From a virus (Duplodnaviria; Caudoviricetes): a stretch of 25,803 bases of DNA. The notes below the pieces were generated by a model. The model saw only the letters and a list, made by a program, of their open reading frames with translations. It was not told where the DNA came from and searched no databases. Positions within the stretch are counted from its first letter, which is position 1. Every line of letters begins with the position of its first letter. Location of the stretch: the IMG/VR virus record IMGVR_UViG_3300034092_001533, positions 1 through 25,803 of that record; one strand, 5' to 3'. The position numbers and the translations under genes were made by a program. Positions 10,161-18,488 of the stretch are shown piece by piece.

Positions 10161-10616
10161 TTACGACAGGTATGCTTTTCCAGAAAAACCTGCTGCAAAA
10201 CTAATTATAACAGAATTATCATTCTGGTACTGGACATGCCCCTCGACTTGATATCCGTTATTATCCACTACGGTTACGTTTGGCTTAAACTGTAATTTAT
10301 GTGCTGAAAATGGTATGTTCCAGGTGGTATTTGAAATCTCTTGAGTATGGGTATAGACAGATTCTGGTAGGGTAAATAGATCAATTGGGGTTCCCCAGTC
10401 ACCTGCATATGTTCTTGGACCGTATAGTAAATACTCTGGTACCTTAAGGTAAAAATCTCCCTCTACTGCATTTACTGGAAAATTGGCTGTAGGAACTTGT
10501 GTTCCATTAAGTATAGAATTACCTCTAGGACCTGGTTGACCAGTATCAGATATTATTACCTCATTTTCAGTGGTAGTAATATCTATAATATTTGAGTTGT
10601 CTATATAATTAGTCAT
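10161..10616 (-). CDS. Virion structural protein (fibre adaptor-like)
   Basis: Short collagen GQPGPRG, a GDFYL...LYGP motif and a C-terminal PNVTVVD...FSGKAYLS module. Confidence 0.65.
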   Translation of the reverse strand: MTNYIDNSNIIDITTTENEVIISDTGQPGPRGNSILNGTQVPTANFPVNAVEGDFYLKVPEYLLYGPRTYAGDWGTPIDLFTLPESVYTHTQEISNTTWNIPFSAHKLQFKPNVTVVDNNGYQVEGHVQYQNDNSVIISFAAGFSGKAYLS

Positions 10617-10962
10617 TTATTGTTACCGCTCTAGAAACATCTAGCCATCCCTCAAGCAGTCTTGTTACCACTCCGCTTCCGTTTACAATAATTAAATCAT
10701 AAGCAGATTTTGGATATGCAATAACTTTTGTTTTATCCGCATTAACATTAATATCAATTTTTCCAGCAAGCGGTGTAACCACTATGCCGTCTCCAATAGA
10801 GCATGAAGCTAGAATCTTTTTTGATCCTGGTGCTGACTTAATATCCATATAAACTTGGTACTGTGTTAAATCTATTGGGTCTCCGTCTGGGTCTTTATAG
10901 ACTATGCTAAAGCGGAAATTGGCGGCCTGATCAACCTTCCAATTCTTAATTCCTGCCATCAA
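10609..10962 (-). CDS. Baseplate/fibre-connector beta-sandwich protein (BppU/LtfC-like)
   Basis: VDQAANF...PIDLTQY...YDL...TRLLEG pattern; heads the tail-fibre operon. Confidence 0.6.
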   Translation of the reverse strand: MMAGIKNWKVDQAANFRFSIVYKDPDGDPIDLTQYQVYMDIKSAPGSKKILASCSIGDGIVVTPLAGKIDINVNADKTKVIAYPKSAYDLIIVNGSGVVTRLLEGWLDVSRAVTIND

Positions 10963-11005
10963 TTATATACCTCCGAGATAATTCAATTTTATCATGAAAG
11001 TAGTT

Positions 11006-12940
11006 CTAGACTGATGTTGTGGTTAAGTCTACAATCTCGCAATGATCTGAGGTACAGGCAAGAGTTTGGGCTCCTGCTGTCATGTCCTCTTTTTCAAAAA
11101 ATGACAGGTCTTCCCATCTAATTACTGAAGGCATTTTAGCCAACAACTCTAAGTATTCAGTTTCGTTAACTTCTTGGTATGGTGCTTGTTTATATGTATG
11201 GTCTGAATATGGTAAAAAGGATATTCCAGAAACCTCGTCAAAATGTTCCCACACCCATGCACCTACGGCCATCCATTCAGTTTCGTGAACAGATACAGTA
11301 ATTGATGGTTTATGCTCACACCATGCTCTTTGATATACCAGCCATGTATTTAAGTGCTCTATTGCGGTTAATTCATTTCTTAATATTGCGCCCTCTGGTG
11401 CTTTTACTGGGAAAGAAAATACCGTTGTTGAGTCTGGCTTCATAACATCTGGCTCGTTTGGTACGTTATAAGACTTCATTAATTCTGTTAAAGGATCTTT
11501 ATTATCTGCACGTACTGTTCTAATATAATATTGAGAATGCCAAGGGTGCATTCCTGAAGATACTCCAGTAAGCTGAGATACTGTTCCAGATGGCTTTACG
11601 CAAGTAATGGCTGCTGATTCGCTTATTCCTATTTTCTTGGCCTCATCTGAATTTATTGTACGGGCATACTCACGTAGCCCATTAAGTGTAGACTCTAGCT
11701 TTTTAATGTCTTCTTTTCCAGAAAAAAACTTATGCCCAAATTGTCCAGTTAAAGATACTCCAAGTAAGCGCTCTTCTTCTGTATTATCCTTCCAAATTTT
11801 ACGAAGGTATTTAAAGTCAGTAAGGGTTGATTGCCATGTTCCTAGGATTGTGGCTAGTCTTACTTTATTTGATATGTCCTCGACTTTATCATTTTCACGA
11901 ATTACTACCTCTGAAAGATTACAGAACTGGTACGGGCGAAGGATAATTTCAGAGCATGGATTTGTTCCATAGTGTATTTCAGGATCTCTGCGACCATACT
12001 TGGCTGCCTGCTTCTGTGCAGCAGCAACATTGTATATACCACGTTCTCCAGATTTAGAGTCATATAAGTTTTTCCACTCTGCAATAAACTGTGCCATTTC
12101 TGGTCTTCTTGAATATGCAACTGAGTTATTTGATAGTGCACGTTGTGAATTATTTTCCCACCAATTTCCAACCTTAGCTTGTGCCATTTCAATGTCATTG
12201 ATATTAGAAAGAGAAATCATTGCTGATCTACGTACTCCACCAACAACTACAATTTCTCCAATTTTACACATTATGTCATGGCATTCAATTGGCTTTAAAT
12301 TTCTTCCGACAGCATTCTTAAAAACCTTTATTGTAAAATCAAATAAGTTTACAAGTGGTTGTGGTCCAGATGATCTTCCACCCATTGTCTTTAGCCTTGC
12401 TCCAGAAGGTCTTAGCTTACTAACATCTATTGTTGGTATTTGACCAGACCAGAGAAGTGCTAGTAGCTCTCTGTATGCTTTAGCCCAACCAGTTTTAGAA
12501 TCTTCTACAGTTATAACTGTTGATGATTTTTCTAGTAATTCTGGGACTGGTGGTAATTTATTTATGTATTTATATTCTACAGAAAATCCTACTCCAGTTC
12601 CGCACATTAATATATACATTGTTTCATCGAATGATCTTGGTGAATCTACTGGAACAAATGAACAATTGTATCCAGCAACGTGATCTCTTGATAGTGCTGC
12701 TCCAGCAGTCATAACAGATCTCATTGATGGCATGATGTCTAAATTATAAACAGCATTTTTTAATTCTTGTATTAACTTTGTATCTGGTTCATATAAATGG
12801 TTCTCAAAAAGATGGTCAAGCATGAAACTAAAATATCTATCAACAGTCTCACCCCAGGTTTCTCTGCGATTCTCTGAATCTATATATCTTGCGTATCTTG
12901 AGAGAGCGATAAACTCTTGGTAAGCTGATGGTAATGACAT
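11006..12940 (-). CDS. nrdJ: Class II adenosylcobalamin-dependent ribonucleotide reductase (monomeric RTPR type)
   Basis: YNCSF, GGVRRSA, TNPCSEI (catalytic N-C-E), QFCNLSE, TCVKPSGTVSQL and C-terminal CTSDHCE cysteine pair; no small subunit nearby. Confidence 0.95.
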   Translation of the reverse strand: MSLPSAYQEFIALSRYARYIDSENRRETWGETVDRYFSFMLDHLFENHLYEPDTKLIQELKNAVYNLDIMPSMRSVMTAGAALSRDHVAGYNCSFVPVDSPRSFDETMYILMCGTGVGFSVEYKYINKLPPVPELLEKSSTVITVEDSKTGWAKAYRELLALLWSGQIPTIDVSKLRPSGARLKTMGGRSSGPQPLVNLFDFTIKVFKNAVGRNLKPIECHDIMCKIGEIVVVGGVRRSAMISLSNINDIEMAQAKVGNWWENNSQRALSNNSVAYSRRPEMAQFIAEWKNLYDSKSGERGIYNVAAAQKQAAKYGRRDPEIHYGTNPCSEIILRPYQFCNLSEVVIRENDKVEDISNKVRLATILGTWQSTLTDFKYLRKIWKDNTEEERLLGVSLTGQFGHKFFSGKEDIKKLESTLNGLREYARTINSDEAKKIGISESAAITCVKPSGTVSQLTGVSSGMHPWHSQYYIRTVRADNKDPLTELMKSYNVPNEPDVMKPDSTTVFSFPVKAPEGAILRNELTAIEHLNTWLVYQRAWCEHKPSITVSVHETEWMAVGAWVWEHFDEVSGISFLPYSDHTYKQAPYQEVNETEYLELLAKMPSVIRWEDLSFFEKEDMTAGAQTLACTSDHCEIVDLTTTSV

Positions 12941-12999
12941 TTTATAAAGCCTCTTTCTTATCCCATTTAGGATTTTTTAATTTTTGATTTGGATTACTA

Positions 13000-13028
13000 A
13001 GTCTAGCACAAACAATTTTTGATGCCAA
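13000..13028 (-). promoter_or_regulatory. Putative nrdJ promoter
   Basis: TTGGCA-17 nt-TAGACT with TG extension, 60 nt upstream of the ATG. Confidence 0.55.
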
Positions 13029-13030
13029 GT

Positions 13031-14005
13031 CTAAGCTAGGTGGCTAAAAGATTTTTTAGTTAAATCTATCCAGTTATACTTCTCATAAATTTTAGTTGTG
13101 TTTTTCAGGGCAATTGCGGAGTATTTACTGTAACTGTTTATTGCTTCAAGCATCAATTCTTTCAAATGATCTATCTTTGGCTCAAACATTTTCCCTGGAT
13201 GCATTATTGGCCATGGAGAGTCTCCAAGTGTTGAGTCTAACTTTAGAGTTATAAAATCTTTATATGGTGCCCAAGACTCTGTACAAATTACGGGCATTGC
13301 TGTTGCCATTGCTTGCAGTGGTATAAAACCAAACCCTTCTCCCCAAGACGGATACACGAGGCAGTGGTGCATTGACATTAGTTGTAAAAGTTCTTCGTCT
13401 TCCATTTCACGATTTACAATTTTTATGTTTGGATACTTCTGAGATATGTCTATAAAATTTCCAAATATATCTTTGTGTCTTATCGTATGAGCTTCATGTG
13501 CTTTTATAGTTAATTCAACATCTGGATTATCACCAAATAACTCTATGAAAGCTTTTACTGTTAGGGATCCGCCCTTTCTTTCGGCTGGCTCTCCAATATG
13601 TAGAAATCTAAATTTATTTTTTACTTCCCTTACTCTTGGTACTTTCCATATATCGTGTAATCCGTGTTCATATACACGAACTGGTTTTTTTACACCAGCA
13701 TCGACATACCATTCTGCAACAAGTGGGGAGGTAGCCCATACCTCGTCACATTGATTAAAATTTTCTAACCAGTACATTGGCAACTCAGTAGATTCCCAGG
13801 GAGTATACCCAATTGTATGAATATCTGATCTAATATACTTATAGTGTATTGGCTGTACGAAATTTAGGTGAATGTCAGCTTTAGGGTTTGTAAGTGTAAC
13901 AAAGTGTCCCAGACTCTGTAATGATGATATTATGCCTTTCCCAGCCTGACCATACCCTACAGTGGCATTATATCCAGACTCAGACGTAAAAAAGCTTATA
14001 TGCAT
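13031..14005 (-). CDS. GT-B glycosyltransferase (GT4/Glycos_transf_1-like)
   Basis: RKGG, LVYPSWGEGFGFIPLQAMATAMPVI and WESTELP motifs. Likely start is ATG 14005 (SD GAAGGA) rather than 14077. Confidence 0.9.
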   Translation of the reverse strand: MHISFFTSESGYNATVGYGQAGKGIISSLQSLGHFVTLTNPKADIHLNFVQPIHYKYIRSDIHTIGYTPWESTELPMYWLENFNQCDEVWATSPLVAEWYVDAGVKKPVRVYEHGLHDIWKVPRVREVKNKFRFLHIGEPAERKGGSLTVKAFIELFGDNPDVELTIKAHEAHTIRHKDIFGNFIDISQKYPNIKIVNREMEDEELLQLMSMHHCLVYPSWGEGFGFIPLQAMATAMPVICTESWAPYKDFITLKLDSTLGDSPWPIMHPGKMFEPKIDHLKELMLEAINSYSKYSAIALKNTTKIYEKYNWIDLTKKSFSHLA

Positions 14006-14063
14006 AAAATCCTTCGCTTCAGAATATATTAAGTCTACCACATGGATATTTTTTTTAAAATAG

Positions 14064-14092
14064 TTGACTTGGTCCAATTTAGCAGATAAACT
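14064..14092 (+). promoter_or_regulatory. sigmaA-type promoter, leaderless start
   Basis: TTGACT-17 nt-TAAACT, ATG 6 nt downstream. Confidence 0.65.
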
Positions 14093-14098
14093 AATATT

Positions 14099-14719
14099 AT
14101 GAGTAAAAACCTAATTATAAAAGTAATTAGTTACTTATCGATAATTATAGTTGGTAGCAACATGCTTGGTACTACTATTGATTATGATAATTATACTAAA
14201 AATCCTTTGAAAAAGGTAAGTAGCTTAGGTGTCGGCTTACCACTTTCTATTGAAAGTAGTAAATACCAGCACTTAAAGGAAATTCTTGAGACTAGGGAAC
14301 TTAGAGAAGCTAAGCTCGAAGAGCTTAAAAAATCTAAGAATCTATCCAATGAAGATCTAGTTATTTTATTATACCTAGTTGGCTTTGAGGGTAGAGACCT
14401 AAAGGAGGCCTGGGCTGTTGCTAAAAAGGAGTCCAATGGGCGTCCTCTTGCATACAATGGTAATAGAAAAACAGGAGATAATTCTTACGGTATATTCCAA
14501 ATCAATATGATTGGAAATCTAGGTCCAGCCAGACTTGAAAAATTTGGACTTAACAGCAATAAGGAGTTGCTAAATCCTGTTACCAATGCTGAAATAGCAT
14601 TTAGAATGTCTAGGGGTGGTGAGGACTGGACCGCATGGAAAGGCCTTACTCCAAGGACTCAAGATTTAATGGAACAGTTTCCAAAAGTAGATATCCAAAA
14701 GTACCAAATGCCTGTGTAA
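14099..14719 (+). CDS. Membrane-anchored lysozyme-like/lytic transglycosylase (SLT-type)
   Basis: N-terminal hydrophobic segment; AVAKKES (catalytic Glu), SYGIFQIN, LLNPVTNA and GGEDWTAW motifs. Confidence 0.85.
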   Translation: MSKNLIIKVISYLSIIIVGSNMLGTTIDYDNYTKNPLKKVSSLGVGLPLSIESSKYQHLKEILETRELREAKLEELKKSKNLSNEDLVILLYLVGFEGRDLKEAWAVAKKESNGRPLAYNGNRKTGDNSYGIFQINMIGNLGPARLEKFGLNSNKELLNPVTNAEIAFRMSRGGEDWTAWKGLTPRTQDLMEQFPKVDIQKYQMPV

Positions 14720-14724
14720 ATTGT

Positions 14725-14753
14725 TTGACATCAATCTTACAAAATGATACAGT
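14725..14753 (+). promoter_or_regulatory. sigmaA-type promoter, leaderless start
   Basis: TTGACA-17 nt-TACAGT with TG extension, ATG 6 nt downstream. Confidence 0.7.
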
Positions 14754-14759
14754 TATTGT

Positions 14760-14972
14760 ATGGACATAGATAATACTGGAACTATAGACATTAGAGTCGT
14801 TAGGTCATGGCTAGATAACAGAGATGGTTATAGGCATGGCGCAGAGTGTACTACTAAATTGCTCTCTGGATTTGACGATGATGGTGTTTATTTAATATGC
14901 CTAGAGTGTAATGAAAAAACATACGTTGGATTACACACATACGAGATTATGAAAAGAGAATTAGATGTCTGA
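14760..14972 (+). CDS. Small hypothetical protein, possible Zn-binding (H..EC...CLEC)
   Basis: ORF with a dedicated promoter. Confidence 0.65.
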   Translation: MDIDNTGTIDIRVVRSWLDNRDGYRHGAECTTKLLSGFDDDGVYLICLECNEKTYVGLHTYEIMKRELDV

Positions 14973-15150
14973 AGAAAACGACAATATTCTTCTAGGTATT
15001 TATATACAGCTATCTAGAGTTTATGATATGCTTATGTTAATAGCAGATGGTGTAGGAAAAGGCGAAGAAGCAATAGAGATAAGAAATCTTCATAGCGAAG
15101 GTAAAATACTTACACCACCGCCATCATTAGTGGAGGACGAGAATGAATAA
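14965..15150 (+). CDS. Hypothetical protein
   Basis: Overlap-coupled ORF. Confidence 0.65.
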   Translation: MSEENDNILLGIYIQLSRVYDMLMLIADGVGKGEEAIEIRNLHSEGKILTPPPSLVEDENE

Positions 15151-15322
15151 ATATTTCGTAAATATCAGCCTTGAGGTTGATATAAATAAATACGATAATA
15201 TACAAGCCATAGTTGACTCTTTTGACTTAATAGGATCTGCAGAAAATACAGAAATCCTTGAAGTTACATATGAAAAAGTTGAACAAGACTGGCAATCAGA
15301 TTCATCAGACGAAGACTACTAA
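15143..15322 (+). CDS. Small acidic hypothetical protein (59 aa, MNKYFVNISLEVD...)
   Basis: Translated by hand; SD GGAGG; overlaps the previous stop. Confidence 0.65.
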   Translation: MNKYFVNISLEVDINKYDNIQAIVDSFDLIGSAENTEILEVTYEKVEQDWQSDSSDEDY

Positions 15323-15335
15323 CTAGCATTTAATT

Positions 15336-15406
15336 GCGAGTGTTACATAATGGTAGTGTCTCTGCCTTCCAAGCAGATAGTGCCAGTTCGATTCTGGTCA
15401 CTCGCT
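15336..15406 (+). tRNA. trnG: tRNA-Gly(TCC)
   Basis: Acceptor GCGAGTG/CACTCGC, D arm ACAT/GTGT, anticodon arm TCTGC-CTTCCAA-GCAGA, T arm GCCAG-TTCGATT-CTGGT; CCA not encoded. Confidence 0.95.
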
Positions 15407-15410
15407 CAAT

Positions 15411-15449
15411 AAAAAACCCCTAGGATAATGCCTAGGGGTTATTTTTTTT
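15411..15449. terminator. Bidirectional intrinsic terminator
   Basis: AACCCCTAGG-ATAATG-CCTAGGGGTT flanked by A and T tracts, between convergent tRNA-Gly and endolysin. Confidence 0.9.
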
Positions 15450-15457
15450 ATAATGTT

Positions 15458-16276
15458 TTACTTTTTAGCTTTTAATGCTTTCCAAGTATTTTCATCAACA
15501 ATGCCAGTCTCAGCAATCTTATTTGCTTTCTGGAATGCTTTTACTGATGTTAATGTTAGACTACCAAAATCACCGTCAGCCTTTAGTTTAAGGAATGATT
15601 GTAGCTTTTTGACACGATCACCCTTATCTCCAAGCTTGATGGGTTTAAATGGCTCTGTAGCCTCTTTTTTAACTACTGGTTTATCTGCTACAGAAGGTTT
15701 TGGTGCTGATGCTGATGGCGAATCAGTTGATCCAACTTTAGATAGAAGAGGTAAATTTTCTTCTCCTACATAAACTGGTCTTCCCCATCCAACTACAGCG
15801 TTGAGAAGTTTCTTTTTGTTGTTCTTAACATATGCTCTAGTTTTTTCTACGCACATGCCACCATTACGTTGGTCACCCTTTGCTGTTCCTGAAGTATTTC
15901 CTTCAACAACCTGTATGGTTCCATCTCCATTATTCTTAACACAAATTCCAACATGAGATATTCTGTTTACTCCATCTTCTGGAAAATCAAAATAAATCCA
16001 GTCTCCTGGAGTTGGGTCATCATTTCTTGCGTCTGCCCATCTATTGTTTTTCTTAAACCAATCAGATGCTGCAACGGTAGATGCTGACTTTGGATATTTC
16101 TTAGGATCTAGACCAGCAGTAAAGGCACACCAAGAAACGAAAGACTGGCACCATGGTGCAAAATTTACTCCGCTCCATTTTCCATATTTAGTTTCGTTAT
16201 CTTTTGGTCCTTCTATGGTACCTATTTCTTTTTTAGCAACTTCAATAATTGCTTCTAGAGATCCTTTTGCTGACAC
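15458..16276 (-). CDS. Endolysin: CHAP amidase plus C-terminal peptidoglycan-binding domain
   Basis: PWCQSFVSW (catalytic Cys), SHVGI, VEGNT; P/K-rich linker; GDRVKKLQ..L..DGDFG..T..VKAFQ...GIVD..TW (PG_binding_1). Confidence 0.93.
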   Translation of the reverse strand: MSAKGSLEAIIEVAKKEIGTIEGPKDNETKYGKWSGVNFAPWCQSFVSWCAFTAGLDPKKYPKSASTVAASDWFKKNNRWADARNDDPTPGDWIYFDFPEDGVNRISHVGICVKNNGDGTIQVVEGNTSGTAKGDQRNGGMCVEKTRAYVKNNKKKLLNAVVGWGRPVYVGEENLPLLSKVGSTDSPSASAPKPSVADKPVVKKEATEPFKPIKLGDKGDRVKKLQSFLKLKADGDFGSLTLTSVKAFQKANKIAETGIVDENTWKALKAKK

Positions 16277-16278
16277 TA

Positions 16279-16530
16279 TTACTTGGCCGCCTTTTTCTTT
16301 GAAGGCTTTTTAACAGACTTAAGAGCTTCCTCAACATCTGATGTTGCTGGCAATCTTCCAAAAGCTTTGTCATTTGGATTGATTGCACGTAATGCAACTG
16401 GGATTAGGGCAGCTAGTAAAGCCTTAGATAGATCTGCAGGATCTGTTACACCAGCCATGTATAGAGCTGTTGCTGCTCCAATTACGGAACGTCCGTATGA
16501 AGCTAATGCATTTTTAATTTGTTCTGACAT
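16279..16530 (-). CDS. Putative holin (r1t-like)
   Basis: 83 aa with two hydrophobic helices and a basic C-terminus, immediately upstream of the endolysin. Confidence 0.7.
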   Translation of the reverse strand: MSEQIKNALASYGRSVIGAATALYMAGVTDPADLSKALLAALIPVALRAINPNDKAFGRLPATSDVEEALKSVKKPSKKKAAK

Positions 16531-16596
16531 GTATGTTTTCCTTTTCTAATATCTTTAGATATTATTAATATTTATTAAATTATTAAGATAATAAAT

Positions 16597-16626
16597 GAGC
16601 CGTTTACATGGACAATGCTCAGGTCC
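16597..16626 (-). ncRNA. Candidate H-type pseudoknot element, copy 1
   Basis: GGAC-CTGAGCATT-GTCC-ATG-TAAAC-GGCTC; second copy at 25505-25535 has compensatory stem changes. Confidence 0.6.
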
Positions 16627-16692
16627 CTTATGCTTTTCACCATAGCCTAAAAGGCTTTAGGTCCGAATAGAAAAGCACAATTATATTATAGC

Positions 16693-17115
16693 CTATTTAA
16701 CTTTTATTTGTCTAGGCTTCTTTTCCTCTGGAAGGATACGCTCAATTTCAATTTTAAGCATCCCGTCCTTGAGTTCAGCAGCTTTTACTTCCATATATTC
16801 ACCAAGGGCCCACTCACGGGTAAATTTACGGGCAGCGATACCACGGTGGATAAACTTCGAATCGTTATCCTCCGCCTTTGTCTCTCCCTTTACGATGAGT
16901 TTTCCATCAGATACAGAAATATCAATATCTGTCTTGGTAAATCCAGCCAAAGCAAGCTCTACGACAAAGCTGTCGTCGTCTACTTTGATTAGATTATATG
17001 GTGGGTAATTTGTTGCTGTAGATACATTCTGGACATGATTCCAGGTATCTAGGGCTCTATCGAACCCAATGAAAAATGGGTCTTTAAAAAGATCCCATGT
17101 GTAAGTTGTAACCAT
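16693..17115 (-). CDS. hsp20: Small heat-shock protein (Hsp20/alpha-crystallin)
   Basis: FFIGFD, NYPPYNL, LAGF, HRGIAARKFTR and LKDGMLKI...PEEKKP motifs. Confidence 0.96.
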   Translation of the reverse strand: MVTTYTWDLFKDPFFIGFDRALDTWNHVQNVSTATNYPPYNLIKVDDDSFVVELALAGFTKTDIDISVSDGKLIVKGETKAEDNDSKFIHRGIAARKFTREWALGEYMEVKAAELKDGMLKIEIERILPEEKKPRQIKVK

Positions 17116-17178
17116 TTTTTGCTCCTTTTAAGCGAGTTAATTTAGCACCCCCCGAAGCGAGGTACTATTAATATTATA
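17116..17178 (-). promoter_or_regulatory. hsp20 promoter -10 box and ROSE-like 5'UTR
   Basis: TATAAT at 17178-17173; 5' hairpin TAGTACCTC/GGGGTGCTA; CTCGCT-TAAA-AGGAG hairpin sequesters the SD with a bulged G. Confidence 0.6.
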
Positions 17179-17267
17179 TCAAATATTTTTTAAATATGTC
17201 CATATAGACGGGAGTGAAGTGCGCCGAAAAATAGGGGTAAGAACACTTTTGCCTGTATAATTTAAGC

Positions 17268-17621
17268 ATGGAATTATACGACCAATTAACGCCTGTAGAA
17301 AAGGCCTATCATGACGCCCTACTTGGCGTAGTAGATAAATACGGACCATTTGATAAAGGTAGCGGCAGTGTTTGGGTCGGATATGAAGATGGCGAAGATA
17401 ATGAAAATTCAGCTATTGGAGTAAAGTGCGGAAACTGCTCATTTCATGTAGAGCTTTCTGGAACTACTGAGCTAGGATGTAAGATACTATCATTTAATGT
17501 AGAAGAGAATGGATTATGTAGATTAGCTGCTATTCCAGATGGATTAGTGAACGCCGAATCAGATGATATGGATGATATGGAAAATATGAATAAATTTTGG
17601 AATGGGGCATTTAGTAAATAA
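17268..17621 (+). CDS. Hypothetical protein with a HiPIP-like four-cysteine motif
   Basis: CGNC-x13-C-x12-C with V...GLC; leaderless start after TATAAT. Confidence 0.6.
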   Translation: MELYDQLTPVEKAYHDALLGVVDKYGPFDKGSGSVWVGYEDGEDNENSAIGVKCGNCSFHVELSGTTELGCKILSFNVEENGLCRLAAIPDGLVNAESDDMDDMENMNKFWNGAFSK

Positions 17622-18001
17622 TGTATACATACTACACTAAGGTAAGTAATATAGTAGATGGAGATACAGTAGATGTATTTGTTGATTTGGGATTTAAGGT
17701 ATGGCGTCAAGAACGTATGCGTTTAGTAGGTATTGATACCGCCGAGAAAAATACACCATATGGTAAGGCTACTAAAGAGTACCTTACTAAGCTATTAGTT
17801 GATAAGACTGTAAAGCTTGAGGTGTTTAAACCTGATAAATATGGTAGATACCTAGCAAAGATTTATATTAATTCCGAGAAATCGATCAACGACCAAATGG
17901 TAGAAAAAGGTATGGCTAAAGGCTATATGGGTGATTCTAAAGTTGGTCTATGGACTGAAGCTGAATTAGCCAGAACTACTGTAGATATAGTATTAGAGTA
18001 A
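17621..18001 (+). CDS. Thermonuclease (SNase-like)
   Basis: VDGDTV, RLVGIDTAE, DKYGRYLA and INDQMVEKGMA motifs. Confidence 0.93.
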   Translation: MYTYYTKVSNIVDGDTVDVFVDLGFKVWRQERMRLVGIDTAEKNTPYGKATKEYLTKLLVDKTVKLEVFKPDKYGRYLAKIYINSEKSINDQMVEKGMAKGYMGDSKVGLWTEAELARTTVDIVLE

Positions 18002-18005
18002 TATA

Positions 18006-18149
18006 CTAGGAGTTAGGATCATAACTCTCTAGGGCAAGAAGGATCTCTTCTGCCATCCCGTCGAAATTCAATTTTTGCTCTGAAGTGATATATTGACCTG
18101 ATTGAATCATCTTTTGAATTACAGATGATAGATATTGTTTTTTAGACAT
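18006..18149 (-). CDS. Small hypothetical protein (47 aa, MSKKQYLSS...)
   Basis: Translated by hand; strong SD GGGAGGT. Confidence 0.6.
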   Translation of the reverse strand: MSKKQYLSSVIQKMIQSGQYITSEQKLNFDGMAEEILLALESYDPNS

Positions 18150-18240
18150 AATTACCTCCCTAAATTTTAGGTTAGTAATCTATTATAAGATAAATAGACA
18201 TATTTTACAAATATAGCAATATGCCCTGTTTATTTATATA

Positions 18241-18486
18241 CTATGATATACGCTTAGTAGCTATATAAAGTGAAATACATACTGCAGACATTGCTAACAT
18301 TGGTATTAAGCTAGAAAGATTATTGATCAAGCTATAGTGACCGTTATAGAATCTCCAGGCATACTCATGAATTGAAGTTACAGTAAATAGTGTTGATATA
18401 TGAAGATGGAAAGATAATATTTTTGACAATACGCTAGCGCTACCGCCAGTTATAATTGTTGGTTTATCTAATATGTTTAATGACAT
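18241..18486 (-). CDS. Small hydrophobic/membrane protein
   Basis: SD GAGGAG; hydrophobic segments. Confidence 0.55.
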   Translation of the reverse strand: MSLNILDKPTIITGGSASVLSKILSFHLHISTLFTVTSIHEYAWRFYNGHYSLINNLSSLIPMLAMSAVCISLYIATKRIS

Positions 18487-18488
18487 TT

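Noticed and set aside
2709-12714. Numerous plus-strand ORFs (e.g. 3630..3938, 8192..8482, 9446..9820, 11607..11972, 12000..12443)
   Set aside because: Antisense shadows of well-supported minus-strand genes; no SD or motifs. The PCIPCIP repeats are simply the reverse of collagen codons.
11006-12940. Intein or intron in nrdJ
   Set aside because: The 644-aa frame is continuous and compact with all motifs in order and no splice motifs
12941-13030. Cobalamin riboswitch or NrdR boxes upstream of nrdJ
   Set aside because: Only 90 nt with a predicted UTR of about 50 nt; no B12 box or NrdR palindrome recognised
16597-16626. Assigning the pseudoknot to pistol, HDV-like or hammerhead ribozymes or to a preQ1 riboswitch
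   Set aside because: It lacks the additional stems and catalytic consensus of those classes; kept as an unassigned motif
17210-17237. GC-richer patch GGAGTGAAGTGCGCCGAAAAATAGGGG between divergent genes
   Set aside because: Single copy in the window and no structure; no function can be supported
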